DNA from: Thermoproteota archaeon
GTDB lineage: Archaea > Thermoproteota > Nitrososphaeria > Nitrososphaerales > Nitrosopumilaceae
Direction of reading: 5' to 3'
Assembly: GCA_040757675.1 (NCBI GenBank)
Contig: JBFLWI010000002.1
Coordinates: forward strand, 55,217 to 119,216
DNA length: 64,000 nt
The notes beneath the pieces were generated by a model. It saw only the letters and a list, made by a program, of their open reading frames with translations, was not told the DNA's origin and searched no databases. Shown here piece after piece: positions 48,108-58,156 of the stretch (positions are counted from its first letter, which is position 1; each line of letters opens with the position of its first letter). A program made the translations under genes and the position numbers.

Positions 48108-49418
48108 TTATTGTCCTATTCCAAGTGCATAGTAATCAGCGTCTAGATTCTTTTTTGTTAGTACTCGTCTACTGTCTATGATTATTGGTTTTTTCATAAA
48201 TTTCAAGTTGTTATTGTTAATACTGGTATATTGTTTCCAAGCTGTCATTAATATGGCACAATAACTTCCTTTGAGAGCATCATTTAGGGAGTGGGCATAG
48301 CGGATCTTTTGGCCAAAAATAGTTCTTGTATTTTCAATTGCTTTCGGGTCGTGAACAATAATATCGGTTTTGTTTTTCAATAAAAGTTCAATCAGCTTTA
48401 TCGAGACCGAATCTCTTATATCATCAGTGTCAGGTTTGAACGCCAGTCCAAGTATAGTCACTCTTTTCCCTTTAAGTGAGCCTAGTTTTTTCTTGATAAC
48501 TGATATCATCCCTTCAAGCTGTTCATTATTGATTAATTCTACAGCATTAAGAAGAGGAGATTTAACACCAGTTTGTAACGAAAAATTGATTATTGCTTTA
48601 ACATCCTTTGGCAAGCAAGATCCACCATATCCAGGGCCGGCATTTAAGAAAAGTGGGCCTATGCGTGGGTCTAATCCAATTGTCTTTGCAACATCATCTA
48701 CATTTGCACCAGGTACAGCTTCACAGATTTTTGCTATTTGGTTAATGAAACTGATTTTAGTTGCCAAAAAGGAATTATTTGCATACTTGATCATTTCAGC
48801 GGTTTGATGATTTGTTCTAACAATTGGAACATTTTTATGAAAAGATAAATAGAATTTTTCCACTTTTTGTGCATACCTGTCATCAAAACTACCTATGACA
48901 ACAACATGTGGATTGATGGTATCATGTATTGCGTTTGTTTCTCTCAAGAATTCTGGGTTTGTTACAAGACCAAAATCTCTGCCTACCTTCTTTTTCGATT
49001 TTTTTTCTAAAATAGGTAAAACTACTTTGATAGTGGTTTCTGGTAATACAGTACTTTTTACAACAATAGTTGGCTTGTTAGTTGTTTTCGCAAGAAGCTT
49101 CCCCATCTTCTCTGATACCGATTTTATCATGGTCAAATCTATACTACCATTTTTTTGCTGTGGGGTTCCTACTGTAATAAAAATTAGTTCACATTCATTT
49201 ACGACGGGAGAAATATCTGTTGTTACGTACAATCCACCCTTCAGTGCTTCCTTTAATGTCTCAGTTAATTTTGGTTCGTAAAAAGGTGTTTTACCATTCT
49301 TTATCATAGAAATTTTTTTAGCATCTGTATCTGCCCCAATGACAGAGTATCCTTTTGAACCAAGCACAGACGCAAAAGAAAGTCCTACAAAACCTAAACC
49401 AATAATTCCAATTTTCAT
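48108..49418 (-). CDS. ugd: UDP-glucose/GDP-mannose 6-dehydrogenase
   Basis: GLGFVG, VGTP, KSTV.P.TT, NPEFLRE, KYANNSFLA.KIS, GYGGSCLPKD, GLAFKPDTDDIR. Confidence 0.92.
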   Translation of the reverse strand: MKIGIIGLGFVGLSFASVLGSKGYSVIGADTDAKKISMIKNGKTPFYEPKLTETLKEALKGGLYVTTDISPVVNECELIFITVGTPQQKNGSIDLTMIKSVSEKMGKLLAKTTNKPTIVVKSTVLPETTIKVVLPILEKKSKKKVGRDFGLVTNPEFLRETNAIHDTINPHVVVIGSFDDRYAQKVEKFYLSFHKNVPIVRTNHQTAEMIKYANNSFLATKISFINQIAKICEAVPGANVDDVAKTIGLDPRIGPLFLNAGPGYGGSCLPKDVKAIINFSLQTGVKSPLLNAVELINNEQLEGMISVIKKKLGSLKGKRVTILGLAFKPDTDDIRDSVSIKLIELLLKNKTDIIVHDPKAIENTRTIFGQKIRYAHSLNDALKGSYCAILMTAWKQYTSINNNNLKFMKKPIIIDSRRVLTKKNLDADYYALGIGQ

Positions 49419-49449
49419 ATTTCTTGACCTTCCAGTTTTCTGTTAAAAA

Positions 49450-50289
49450 TCATGTGATCTTATACGACAAGTCTAAGGCTTCTTTGTAAGATTCTACAGT
49501 TCCTACATCTAATTCTGTCTCATTCCTATTGAGGCTTATTGCTACGACTTTATGATTTTTCTCTATTAATCTTTGAATTGCATCAGTCAACTGGTATTCA
49601 TTTCCTTTTCCAGGTTTTATTTCTCTTAAACATTCAAAAATTATGGGTTTAAAAAAGTATAATGGCAATAGGCCCAAATTTGATTTTGGTCTTGTAGGTT
49701 TCTCTTCAACTTCTATTACATCATACAACCCGTTAGAGAGAAGTTTTACTTTTGGTACACCATACCTTTTAGCATCTTTAATTTTTTTGCATAAAAGAAC
49801 TGCACTTATCGACGGATCTGATTTTGCAATCTCAATCAGTCTTATAATCGGATGTTTAGTTCTACTAACAATTACAACATCGCCAGCATGAACTATGAAG
49901 TTATCTTTTCCGACGTAACGCTCTGCTCTCAAAACCGCATCACCAAAACCGCGTGGTTTGTTTTGGTTTACCCAAATTAGATGGGAATTTTCCAGCTTTT
50001 CATAAAAATCGGAAATTAGTGATTTATATTTATTTGATAATTCTTGCAAATATGTTTCATGTGGTGTAAAATGATCTTCTATAGATCTTTTTTCTCTACC
50101 AACCACAAAACAGTAATCACGTAAACCAATCGAATATAACTGTTCAAAAATAAATTGTAATAACGGGATAACGATCCTGTCTTTATTGTAGCCACGTGCA
50201 AATATTGGCATCATTTCTTTTGGGAGCTCTTTCGTAATTGGTAGAAGTCTAGTGCCTTTCCCAGCTGCAGTTATTACTGATTTTATCAT
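49450..50289 (-). CDS. Sugar-1-phosphate nucleotidyltransferase (GalU-like)
   Basis: AAGKGTRLLP.TK..PKEM.P, GFGDAV, EEKP, EYQLTDAI, DVGT. Confidence 0.9.
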   Translation of the reverse strand: MIKSVITAAGKGTRLLPITKELPKEMMPIFARGYNKDRIVIPLLQFIFEQLYSIGLRDYCFVVGREKRSIEDHFTPHETYLQELSNKYKSLISDFYEKLENSHLIWVNQNKPRGFGDAVLRAERYVGKDNFIVHAGDVVIVSRTKHPIIRLIEIAKSDPSISAVLLCKKIKDAKRYGVPKVKLLSNGLYDVIEVEEKPTRPKSNLGLLPLYFFKPIIFECLREIKPGKGNEYQLTDAIQRLIEKNHKVVAISLNRNETELDVGTVESYKEALDLSYKIT

Positions 50290-50394
50290 AAAACAACTGA
50301 GTTTTCCTTACTGTGTTTTTAAGTTTTGACACAATTTTTGATAAACTTAATAATTGTTTGATGGTAGAGGCAATGAAATTTACAAAAAAAGGTA

Positions 50395-51789
50395 ATGAAA
50401 TTGAGCTTTGACGAAAATCCACTACAAATAATGTCAAAAAATCTCGTAGAAATAACAAAATTGCTGAAAGCAGGTAAAATCAAAGTTTGCATAGTGGGTA
50501 TTGGAAGAATTGGACTGCCTACAGCACTGTCATTTGCAAATTCAGGTCTGCCTACTATAGGCGTTGATATTAACACAAATTTAGTCAATATGATAAATTC
50601 CGGCGAATTTCCATTAAAGGATGAGCCAGGGTATGCAGAAATATTTAACAATGTTACAAAAAATAAAAAATTTTTTGCTACCACAAAACTCGAAGAAGTA
50701 GCATCAAAAGCAGATGTGATCCTATTATCACTTCCAACTCCAATGGATGATAACAAAAATCCAAATTATGATGCCATTGAATCTGTTGGGAAGAAACTTA
50801 GCGAGCTAGTTTCATCAGGTACGCTAATAATAGTTGAAAGTACGGTTGAACCAGGATTCATAGAAAACACGTTTTTAAAGATCCTACAAAGTCAAAACAA
50901 AATTCTTGGAAAAGATTTTGGTCTTGGTGTATGTCCAGAGACAGCTAATCCAGGTGAGATTTTGAAAGATTTTAAACATTTACCAAGACTTGTAGGAGCA
51001 TTAGATGAAAAAACAACTGATATAATTTTCGAGATTTACAAACATGTCTTCCCAGTTGAATTAGTAAAAATGCCAGATTGTAAGACTGCTAACGCAGTAA
51101 AACTTACAACAAATGTATTTCGGTACATCAACATAGCTTTTGTAAATGAGCTTGCAATTTTATGCGAAAAACTTGGAATCGACGTACTCAAAGTTCTCGA
51201 AGCTGCCGATCTGAAATATAACTTTCAGATTCACTATCCGGGACCAGGAGTTGGCGGGCCATGTTTGCCAGTTAATTCGACTCAAATACTACATTCAGCA
51301 AAACTTGTTGGCAATAACTTGCTGAAAATGGTTTCATTAAGTCAAGAAATTAATGAAGGAATGGCATCACATGTAATCGATCTTACATCAGACGGCTTGA
51401 AACAAAGTGGGAAATCGCTTGCAGGTAGTGATATCACAATTCTTGGAGTGTCATACAAACCTGATGTCAAAGATATACAAATAACTCCAGCAGAACCGAT
51501 CATCAAGAAACTCCAACAAAAAAAGGCACAAATAAAAATCTACGATCCATACTTCAAGTCAACAAATGTCTTTGGTATACAAACCGAAGATAGCTTCATC
51601 AATGCCATAAGTGGTGCTGATGCTGTCATTTTGGTAACAGCCCACAAAGAGTTTCGTGATTTGGAACCATCCATTTTTGTTTCAAAAATGAGGATACCTG
51701 TGGTAATTGATACACGTGGTGTAATCGATATGCACTCGGCAAGAAAAGCGGGGATCATATACAAAGGAATAGGTCGCGGTGGAAACTAA
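50395..51789 (+). CDS. Nucleotide-sugar dehydrogenase (WecC/WbpA-like)
   Basis: GIGRIG, LPTP, ESTVEPG, CPE, KLTTNVFRYINIAF.NE, GPGVGGPCLP, GVSYKPDV.D. Confidence 0.9.
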   Translation: MKLSFDENPLQIMSKNLVEITKLLKAGKIKVCIVGIGRIGLPTALSFANSGLPTIGVDINTNLVNMINSGEFPLKDEPGYAEIFNNVTKNKKFFATTKLEEVASKADVILLSLPTPMDDNKNPNYDAIESVGKKLSELVSSGTLIIVESTVEPGFIENTFLKILQSQNKILGKDFGLGVCPETANPGEILKDFKHLPRLVGALDEKTTDIIFEIYKHVFPVELVKMPDCKTANAVKLTTNVFRYINIAFVNELAILCEKLGIDVLKVLEAADLKYNFQIHYPGPGVGGPCLPVNSTQILHSAKLVGNNLLKMVSLSQEINEGMASHVIDLTSDGLKQSGKSLAGSDITILGVSYKPDVKDIQITPAEPIIKKLQQKKAQIKIYDPYFKSTNVFGIQTEDSFINAISGADAVILVTAHKEFRDLEPSIFVSKMRIPVVIDTRGVIDMHSARKAGIIYKGIGRGGN

Positions 51790-52993
51790 CGTCAAATTAA
51801 ATGCGAAGTCAATAATAGACATTCTGACACTCAGATACGATTCTACACAAAAGCCACTTTTACCCAAATTGTCAAGTGATGATTTCCTACCCACCAACTA
51901 TAATCCCTCAATTGAATATATTCAAAAAACATTAGAGGATCAAATTAAAAACAAAATCAAATCCGATGAGGACAAAGTCGCTGTTGCACTAAGTGGTGGT
52001 GTAGATTCAACATTAGTTCTTAGTGCGTTACGAAATGCAATTCCAAACCAAGTCGAAGCAATATCGATAAAATTTGCAGATAGTGTGGATGAAACTCCTG
52101 CTGCTTCAAAAATTGCTAACGAACTACAAGTCAATCATAATGTCGTCTTTGTGGAAAATTATCTGGCCGAACTTCCAAAAGCTATCAGTATCATAGGATT
52201 GCCATTTTGGGATCTTCATTGGTATTATGTAACAAAAAAGGCAAAAACACTTTCAAAATATCTTGTTTCTGGTGATGGCGGTGATGAGCTTTTTGGCGGT
52301 TATACCTTTAGATACAAAAAATTTCTTAGTCTTGTAACTAGCGACTCGAATCCACTAGATAAAATTAAGGCATATCTGCAATGCCATGAGCGAGACCGTG
52401 TACCAAACCAAGACGAATTGTTCGGAAAAAAAGTCAATTTTTCATGGGATTTAATCTATAAACAATTATTGCAATATTTTGACAATAATTTACCATTGTT
52501 AGAACAAGTATTCCTTGCAGATTATAATGGAAAGCTTCTTTACAATTTCTTACCAGTTAATACATCTCTGCATAATCACTTTGGTGTAGTCGCTGTAGCA
52601 CCAATCTTGTCCAAAGAAATGATCCAGTATGCAACACACATACCAAGTTCATTCAAATATGATCTAGCAACAGATACTGGAAAACTATTACTACGAAAAC
52701 TACTAACGAAGTACAAAACAGATAATCTCGTATCGACTGAAAAATTGGGCTTTAATGTCAACACTCTTAATCTTTGGAAAAACTTTGGTCAAAAAATATG
52801 CAAGAAATATCTTTCAAATGCTAGAGTGGTTCAAGATGGTTGGATAAATCAATCCTGGATTGATTCTTACATTGATAAGAGAGATGATCTTGAGATAAGG
52901 TACGTAAACAAGCTCATGGGTTTGCTTGGATTTGAAATTTGGTACAGGCTATTTTTCACAAAAGAAATGAGTCCAGATACGATACTAAACTGA
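51779..52993 (+). CDS. Asparagine-synthase-like amidotransferase, synthetase domain only
   Basis: PP-loop LSGGVDS, SGDGGDELFGGY, KLGF; no N-terminal Cys-initiated glutaminase domain. Confidence 0.85.
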   Translation: METNVKLNAKSIIDILTLRYDSTQKPLLPKLSSDDFLPTNYNPSIEYIQKTLEDQIKNKIKSDEDKVAVALSGGVDSTLVLSALRNAIPNQVEAISIKFADSVDETPAASKIANELQVNHNVVFVENYLAELPKAISIIGLPFWDLHWYYVTKKAKTLSKYLVSGDGGDELFGGYTFRYKKFLSLVTSDSNPLDKIKAYLQCHERDRVPNQDELFGKKVNFSWDLIYKQLLQYFDNNLPLLEQVFLADYNGKLLYNFLPVNTSLHNHFGVVAVAPILSKEMIQYATHIPSSFKYDLATDTGKLLLRKLLTKYKTDNLVSTEKLGFNVNTLNLWKNFGQKICKKYLSNARVVQDGWINQSWIDSYIDKRDDLEIRYVNKLMGLLGFEIWYRLFFTKEMSPDTILN

Positions 52994-54082
52994 TTTTTCT
53001 TTTTTAATATACTTGGATGCAACATCAACGAAACGTTTTGCTACAATTTCCCAGTTATAGTGTTCTATTATGAATTGACGTCCAGATTTTCCCATCTCAG
53101 CTGCAAGTTTTTTATCTTGCAATAAAATCTGCAATTTCTCTATCCAACCTTGATAATCACCTTCTGGTATAAGAAAGCCGGTTTTTTTGTCTATTACAAC
53201 TTCCGGTATTCCTCCTATTTTTGTGGCCACAACTGGTCGTTCCATAAGTTGCGCTTCTCTTGATGACAGGGGGGTGGTATCCATTCCAGTTGGTAATGCA
53301 TAAACATCAATTGCAGAAAGATACTCCCTCACTTGATCAGGATAAGCAAGTGATCCAAGCCAATGAAAATTCTCGTGTTTTCCTAAAACAGGCAAAATCC
53401 TATCTTTGTACTGGCCATCCCCGGCCCAATAAAATGTGACATCTGGCATTTGTTCAATCACCTTGTCAAGAGTTAACATCTCCTTTGTTTTTCCCCACCA
53501 ATTAGCGTCTTGCAACATGCCGACACAAGGATGTTTTAGATCCATTGGTTTGACTGGATACCAATGCAAAGCATTAATTCCTTCCAAAAAATGGTATGTT
53601 TTGGCATGAGGGTGGTGTTTTTTTATTACCTCATCAAGATAATCAGCGGTCATAAAAATCCCCGCGCATTCTCTAAAAACCTTTTGCGCGATTCTGTGTC
53701 GCAGCCACAACACCGTCCTCATGATGGGATCTTTGTAAATAGTTTGTTTTGCCATCTCTATTTCCATCCAGTAATTACCACGTAAATAGACAAAAAGAGG
53801 GATCTTTGCTTTAATTGCTTGAAGACCGAAATGAGCTTGTCTGTCTACAAAAATTACATCTGGTTTAAACTCTTTAATTAATTTCTTGAATTTTCTATTG
53901 TATGGAAACCAATCTCGTATGTTTTTACTAGGAAAACCTGTAGCATAATCTGTTTCATTGACTAACTTGTATTCTACACCGAACTTTGTTAATGCTTCAC
54001 CAAATTCTTTCAAATGAAAGTATTTTCCTATTCTCCCTTTGGCAGTTCCTCCACCTGCACCTGATGCTATTAACACTCTCAC
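52985..54082 (-). CDS. Glycosyltransferase family 4
   Basis: MDTTPLSSREA, VATKIGGIPEV; paralogue of 43257-44312. Confidence 0.88.
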   Translation of the reverse strand: MRVLIASGAGGGTAKGRIGKYFHLKEFGEALTKFGVEYKLVNETDYATGFPSKNIRDWFPYNRKFKKLIKEFKPDVIFVDRQAHFGLQAIKAKIPLFVYLRGNYWMEIEMAKQTIYKDPIMRTVLWLRHRIAQKVFRECAGIFMTADYLDEVIKKHHPHAKTYHFLEGINALHWYPVKPMDLKHPCVGMLQDANWWGKTKEMLTLDKVIEQMPDVTFYWAGDGQYKDRILPVLGKHENFHWLGSLAYPDQVREYLSAIDVYALPTGMDTTPLSSREAQLMERPVVATKIGGIPEVVIDKKTGFLIPEGDYQGWIEKLQILLQDKKLAAEMGKSGRQFIIEHYNWEIVAKRFVDVASKYIKKEKSV

Positions 54083-54191
54083 AAACTATGACTATTTTGG
54101 TGACTAATTTATACTGTAATAGATCAAACTACGTCTTGTGAAAATTTGTGTAGTGATGTTGATATATTTGGATAATTTATCACCTAATTAG

Positions 54192-54683
54192 TTGAAGAAA
54201 AATCTTGCATTTAGAGCGTGGTATTATTTTAGAATGGGTTGGTCTAATTATCTTACATTCTTGTTTTCGGCAGTAAATACACTTACAGTCACATATTATT
54301 TAGCAGTAGAGAAAGTTCCAGCTTTAGAAACAATATTTCCATCATTCACTTACTATGTGGTTATAGTTACAACAATAGCTATTCCTATTTTAGTGGGTAT
54401 AGGCTATTTACATTTTAAGAAAAGCAATGCTTTCAAGGCAGAGGCCGATATCACATATGAATCAAATCCACACCTTAAAAGAATATTACAAAATACAGAA
54501 TCGGTTTTACCACTCTACCTTAAAATGAGTGAAATTATGATTAATCTCTCTAAGAATGAAAAGATATCACCCAACGAGTTGGATGAAATTACAAAATTAC
54601 AAAAACAATTGAAATCACATATTGAAAAAAGATTAGCAGGAACTTACGAATCAAACGTGTACGGATCAGAACGTAATGAATAA
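54192..54683 (+). CDS. Hypothetical membrane protein
   Basis: Two hydrophobic segments and a coiled-coil tail; overlaps the start of the next gene. Confidence 0.75.
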   Translation: MKKNLAFRAWYYFRMGWSNYLTFLFSAVNTLTVTYYLAVEKVPALETIFPSFTYYVVIVTTIAIPILVGIGYLHFKKSNAFKAEADITYESNPHLKRILQNTESVLPLYLKMSEIMINLSKNEKISPNELDEITKLQKQLKSHIEKRLAGTYESNVYGSERNE

Positions 54684-56574
54684 AACAAAAGACATTGTGG
54701 TTGGATTAGGCGAAATAGGTGCCCCTATACTAAAACTTCTTTCACAAAGTCGTACTGTTGTAGGTTATGACATTAAAAAAGAGATGATGGATGAAAAAAA
54801 ATTCCTAGCCACTTATTCTCTTGAAACAGATTTTTTACATATTTGCATACCGTTTACAAAAAGATTTGTAACAAACGTATTGGCATTGACCAAACAGTTC
54901 AAACCTAAAGGTATAGTTATACATAGCACTATAGAGCCAAACACTACTAAAAAATTACAAGACAAACTCTCAATTCCAGTCATTTATAGCGCTACAAGGG
55001 GAGTCCATAGAAGGATGCTTTACGATTTGAAAAGATACACGAAATTTTACGCCATAGAAAACAATGCTCCTAATTCACAATGGGCTATTGCAACATTTGA
55101 AAAAACAATGGCAAAGTGTGGCGTTAAAACAAAACGTATGTCAAACCCGCTTACTCTTGAGCTGGCAAAAATAATCTGTGATACATCATATTATGGGTGG
55201 CTTATATCGTACGCTCAGATAAGCAATATGATTGCGATGAAAAATAATGTGAGTTATGATGAGATGTGGTCATTTGCAGATGAAATTCACAAGTTTCTTG
55301 GAAATAGACCAAAAATGTATCCCGGTGTAATTGGGGGGCACTGTCTTAGTGGCAATGAAATAATCTTCATCAAGACACAGATGGGTATGAGGCCAATCAC
55401 GATAAAAGAATACGTTGATTCCGATCTATCAAACGATGTTTTATCATATGATCTTAAACAAAAACAACCGATATTCGACAAAGTAACATTGCGATGGAAA
55501 CGAGAATTCTCAGGAACTATGGTTACACTTATTTCAAGAACTAATCGTTCCATAACCTCTACAGATGAACACATAATGATATGTTCAGATAATTTAACTG
55601 AAAAACTTGCGAAAGATGTATCTGTGAATGAATATGTACCGTTTTTAGCTGATCTTCCTAAAATTTCTATCAAAAACAACTATGAATTTAAAACCAATAA
55701 TTGGCAATTTAAGTACAACAGGCCACCTTCAATAAAATTGACTCCAGAGTTTTGTAGATTGTTAGGTTACTATGTTGCAGAAGGTTCTGTGAGCAATTAT
55801 GGAAAAGGTTATCAATTACGATTTTCATTCAACAAAAACGAATCTAATTACATACAAGATGTATGCAATATTTTGAGAAAATTGGGATTGAATTATTTCA
55901 AATACACACAAAACAACGTTACGCATATAACAATAAAATCGACGCCCTTTTCTTTGTTTATATCTGACACTTTGGGCTGTGGTAGATTTTCAAATCAAAA
56001 ATGTGTGCCAGATTTTATTTATTTTGTGTCAAGAGAACACAAAGAAGAATTTATCTCAGGTTATCTAAGAGGTGACGGTTCATTTATGGAGAATATTGGT
56101 ATGGTTAGTTCGGCTACATCCTCAAGAATATTATCGGCCGGATTTGATATTCTCCTTTTATCAATGGGTTACGTGATGACAAACATACAAACCACCACAA
56201 GCGCAAGTGTCATAGACGGAAGAATGATTAGAGGAGGACAACTTTACATGCTGGTATCTAAAAAACAGGATCAATACAATTCCTTAGCTAAAGTTAGTGG
56301 TTTTGACACCGTCAATATTAGAACACATTCAAAAAACCTTTGGCATATAATAAATGACAACCTTTTCATGATAAAGACCACAAAAACAATTCACGAGGAA
56401 TGTGAGCAAGAAGTATACTCAATTGACACAAAAAATCATCTTTTTGTATCAACTAATGGTCGTCTAATCCATAATTGCGTAATTCCAAATTTGGATCTTG
56501 TCAATAATGAGACTCTCAATTTCATCAAAACTTTCAACAATAAATACATGAAAATAATAAAAAAACCAAAATAA
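54676..56574 (+). CDS. Short NDP-sugar dehydrogenase-family protein interrupted by an intein (spliced product 254 aa)
   Basis: GLGEIG Rossmann motif, HSTIEP, ELAK, MYPGVIGGH|intein|CVIPN. Confidence 0.88.
   Translation: MNKTKDIVVGLGEIGAPILKLLSQSRTVVGYDIKKEMMDEKKFLATYSLETDFLHICIPFTKRFVTNVLALTKQFKPKGIVIHSTIEPNTTKKLQDKLSIPVIYSATRGVHRRMLYDLKRYTKFYAIENNAPNSQWAIATFEKTMAKCGVKTKRMSNPLTLELAKIICDTSYYGWLISYAQISNMIAMKNNVSYDEMWSFADEIHKFLGNRPKMYPGVIGGHCLSGNEIIFIKTQMGMRPITIKEYVDSDLSNDVLSYDLKQKQPIFDKVTLRWKREFSGTMVTLISRTNRSITSTDEHIMICSDNLTEKLAKDVSVNEYVPFLADLPKISIKNNYEFKTNNWQFKYNRPPSIKLTPEFCRLLGYYVAEGSVSNYGKGYQLRFSFNKNESNYIQDVCNILRKLGLNYFKYTQNNVTHITIKSTPFSLFISDTLGCGRFSNQKCVPDFIYFVSREHKEEFISGYLRGDGSFMENIGMVSSATSSRILSAGFDILLLSMGYVMTNIQTTTSASVIDGRMIRGGQLYMLVSKKQDQYNSLAKVSGFDTVNIRTHSKNLWHIINDNLFMIKTTKTIHEECEQEVYSIDTKNHLFVSTNGRLIHNCVIPNLDLVNNETLNFIKTFNNKYMKIIKKPK
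55342..56475 (+). mobile_element. 378-aa intein with LAGLIDADG homing endonuclease
   Basis: Starts CLSGNEII (block A), TSTDEH (block B TxxH), LLGYYVAEG and ISGYLRGDG (endonuclease motifs), VYSIDT..HLFV..GRLIHN followed by Cys+1. Confidence 0.93.
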
Positions 56575-56576
56575 GA

Positions 56577-58127
56577 CTATCTTTGAATTATTGAATCAAA
56601 TTTGTCATAATCAATTTTGAAAATTTTTACTTGATAGTTGTAACCATGCTCTTTTGAATCAAATATTTTGATTAAATATGGATAATTTTCTTCTTGATAG
56701 AATACGTCATTTAAAAATGGTTTTCTATTTTGTTTAGTATTTAGATTATCAACAATCAAATACGAAAGACCATCCTTTCTACCATTCATTATTCCCTCCT
56801 CAACCGTTTGACCGTCAAGCGCAATTATTTTTGGCTCAAAATCAATTGCGCTTGTTAATAACGGCATTTTTACATCGTGGAAGGTGGCAGTATGTACGTA
56901 TGTTGATTCTGGACTGAATTCGTTTATGCCACCTTTAAGGGTTTGTATAATTAATGAAAGTTGAACTGCCTCTCTTTCATGCGAATAATCGGTTTTTTTA
57001 AATTCCAGATAAGCTAATGAGGATGAGACTATAAAGACTAGCATTAAAATCAAAATAAACTTGGTCAAACTAGTTTTTGAAAGAAATTTCTCTATGGTAT
57101 ACAGCGAAATTACTGAAGCAATAGGTAAAACCACTAGTACATATCTAGGTTCTTGAATTCCTCTACCATATGCATAAAATCCAGGAATTAGCATAAATAT
57201 TGCAATAAAGATCAATGAATTAATTTCGTATCCACGTTTCTTGAAAAAGATGTATAACCCATAAGGAATAAAAATAAAAAATAAAGGAAAGAGAACCACA
57301 CTCACATATTTTATCAAACCAAAAATGCCATCTTGAAATACAAACTTTGTATCGCTCTCTTTTAAGAAACTTCCTTCAGTGACTGCTACTCTGGCTCCCC
57401 CAAAAACATGGCTAAGAAGACCATCTTGCCCAGTAGCTTCTATCCTAAGATATGCTACCGGCAAAAGCGTTATGGTAAATATTCCAAGTACCATCAAATA
57501 GCGTAACACAATCTTCGATTCAGCCTTAAACCTAACGATGAATAAGATTGAGAAGGGTATCAAAAGCAATAATCCTTCATATCTTACAAGTGATGATAAT
57601 GCTAAAATGAAAAATGATGTGTAAATCCAAATTTTCTTTTTGCTTAAAAAAAGAAAAACTGCAGTAGTTGTCAAAAATATATAGAATGGATCAGTTGTTC
57701 CACCAAGAGAATTTTGTACAATTCGTGGTGTGAGAACAACCAAAAGGGCACCAAGAAACGCAAGATTCTGATTAAAAAATTTTTTACACAGTAAGTAAGT
57801 CGGTATCGCTGTTAATACAGAAAAAATTACTGTTAATACTCTTTGTAGAGTAACATAATCTAAAAAATTCTCAAATCTAAAAATAGAAAAAAATATTGAA
57901 AGAAACAACGGCCAACCATTATTAGGCATTGTATATTTCGTCGGTAATTGACCTGACACCATTGTATCCATTGCATATAGAAAATAACTAAAGGCATCAA
58001 GTGTGATTGGTATGTCATACGGAAAATAGTAGAACCTAACAAGCAAACCTGTCGTAATTACACTAATAAGTAAAAACACATCCTTTTTTGTCAATCTTAA
58101 ACCGATCTTAACATTATTCTCAATCAT
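56577..58127 (-). CDS. PMT/ArnT-like (GT-C) integral membrane glycosyltransferase
   Basis: DAFSY loop after the first TM, many TM helices, TDP, RYEG, PRY motifs. Confidence 0.75.
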   Translation of the reverse strand: MIENNVKIGLRLTKKDVFLLISVITTGLLVRFYYFPYDIPITLDAFSYFLYAMDTMVSGQLPTKYTMPNNGWPLFLSIFFSIFRFENFLDYVTLQRVLTVIFSVLTAIPTYLLCKKFFNQNLAFLGALLVVLTPRIVQNSLGGTTDPFYIFLTTTAVFLFLSKKKIWIYTSFFILALSSLVRYEGLLLLIPFSILFIVRFKAESKIVLRYLMVLGIFTITLLPVAYLRIEATGQDGLLSHVFGGARVAVTEGSFLKESDTKFVFQDGIFGLIKYVSVVLFPLFFIFIPYGLYIFFKKRGYEINSLIFIAIFMLIPGFYAYGRGIQEPRYVLVVLPIASVISLYTIEKFLSKTSLTKFILILMLVFIVSSSLAYLEFKKTDYSHEREAVQLSLIIQTLKGGINEFSPESTYVHTATFHDVKMPLLTSAIDFEPKIIALDGQTVEEGIMNGRKDGLSYLIVDNLNTKQNRKPFLNDVFYQEENYPYLIKIFDSKEHGYNYQVKIFKIDYDKFDSIIQR

Positions 58128-58156
58128 ATGTTCACATTCCTATACTAACAGTCAAA

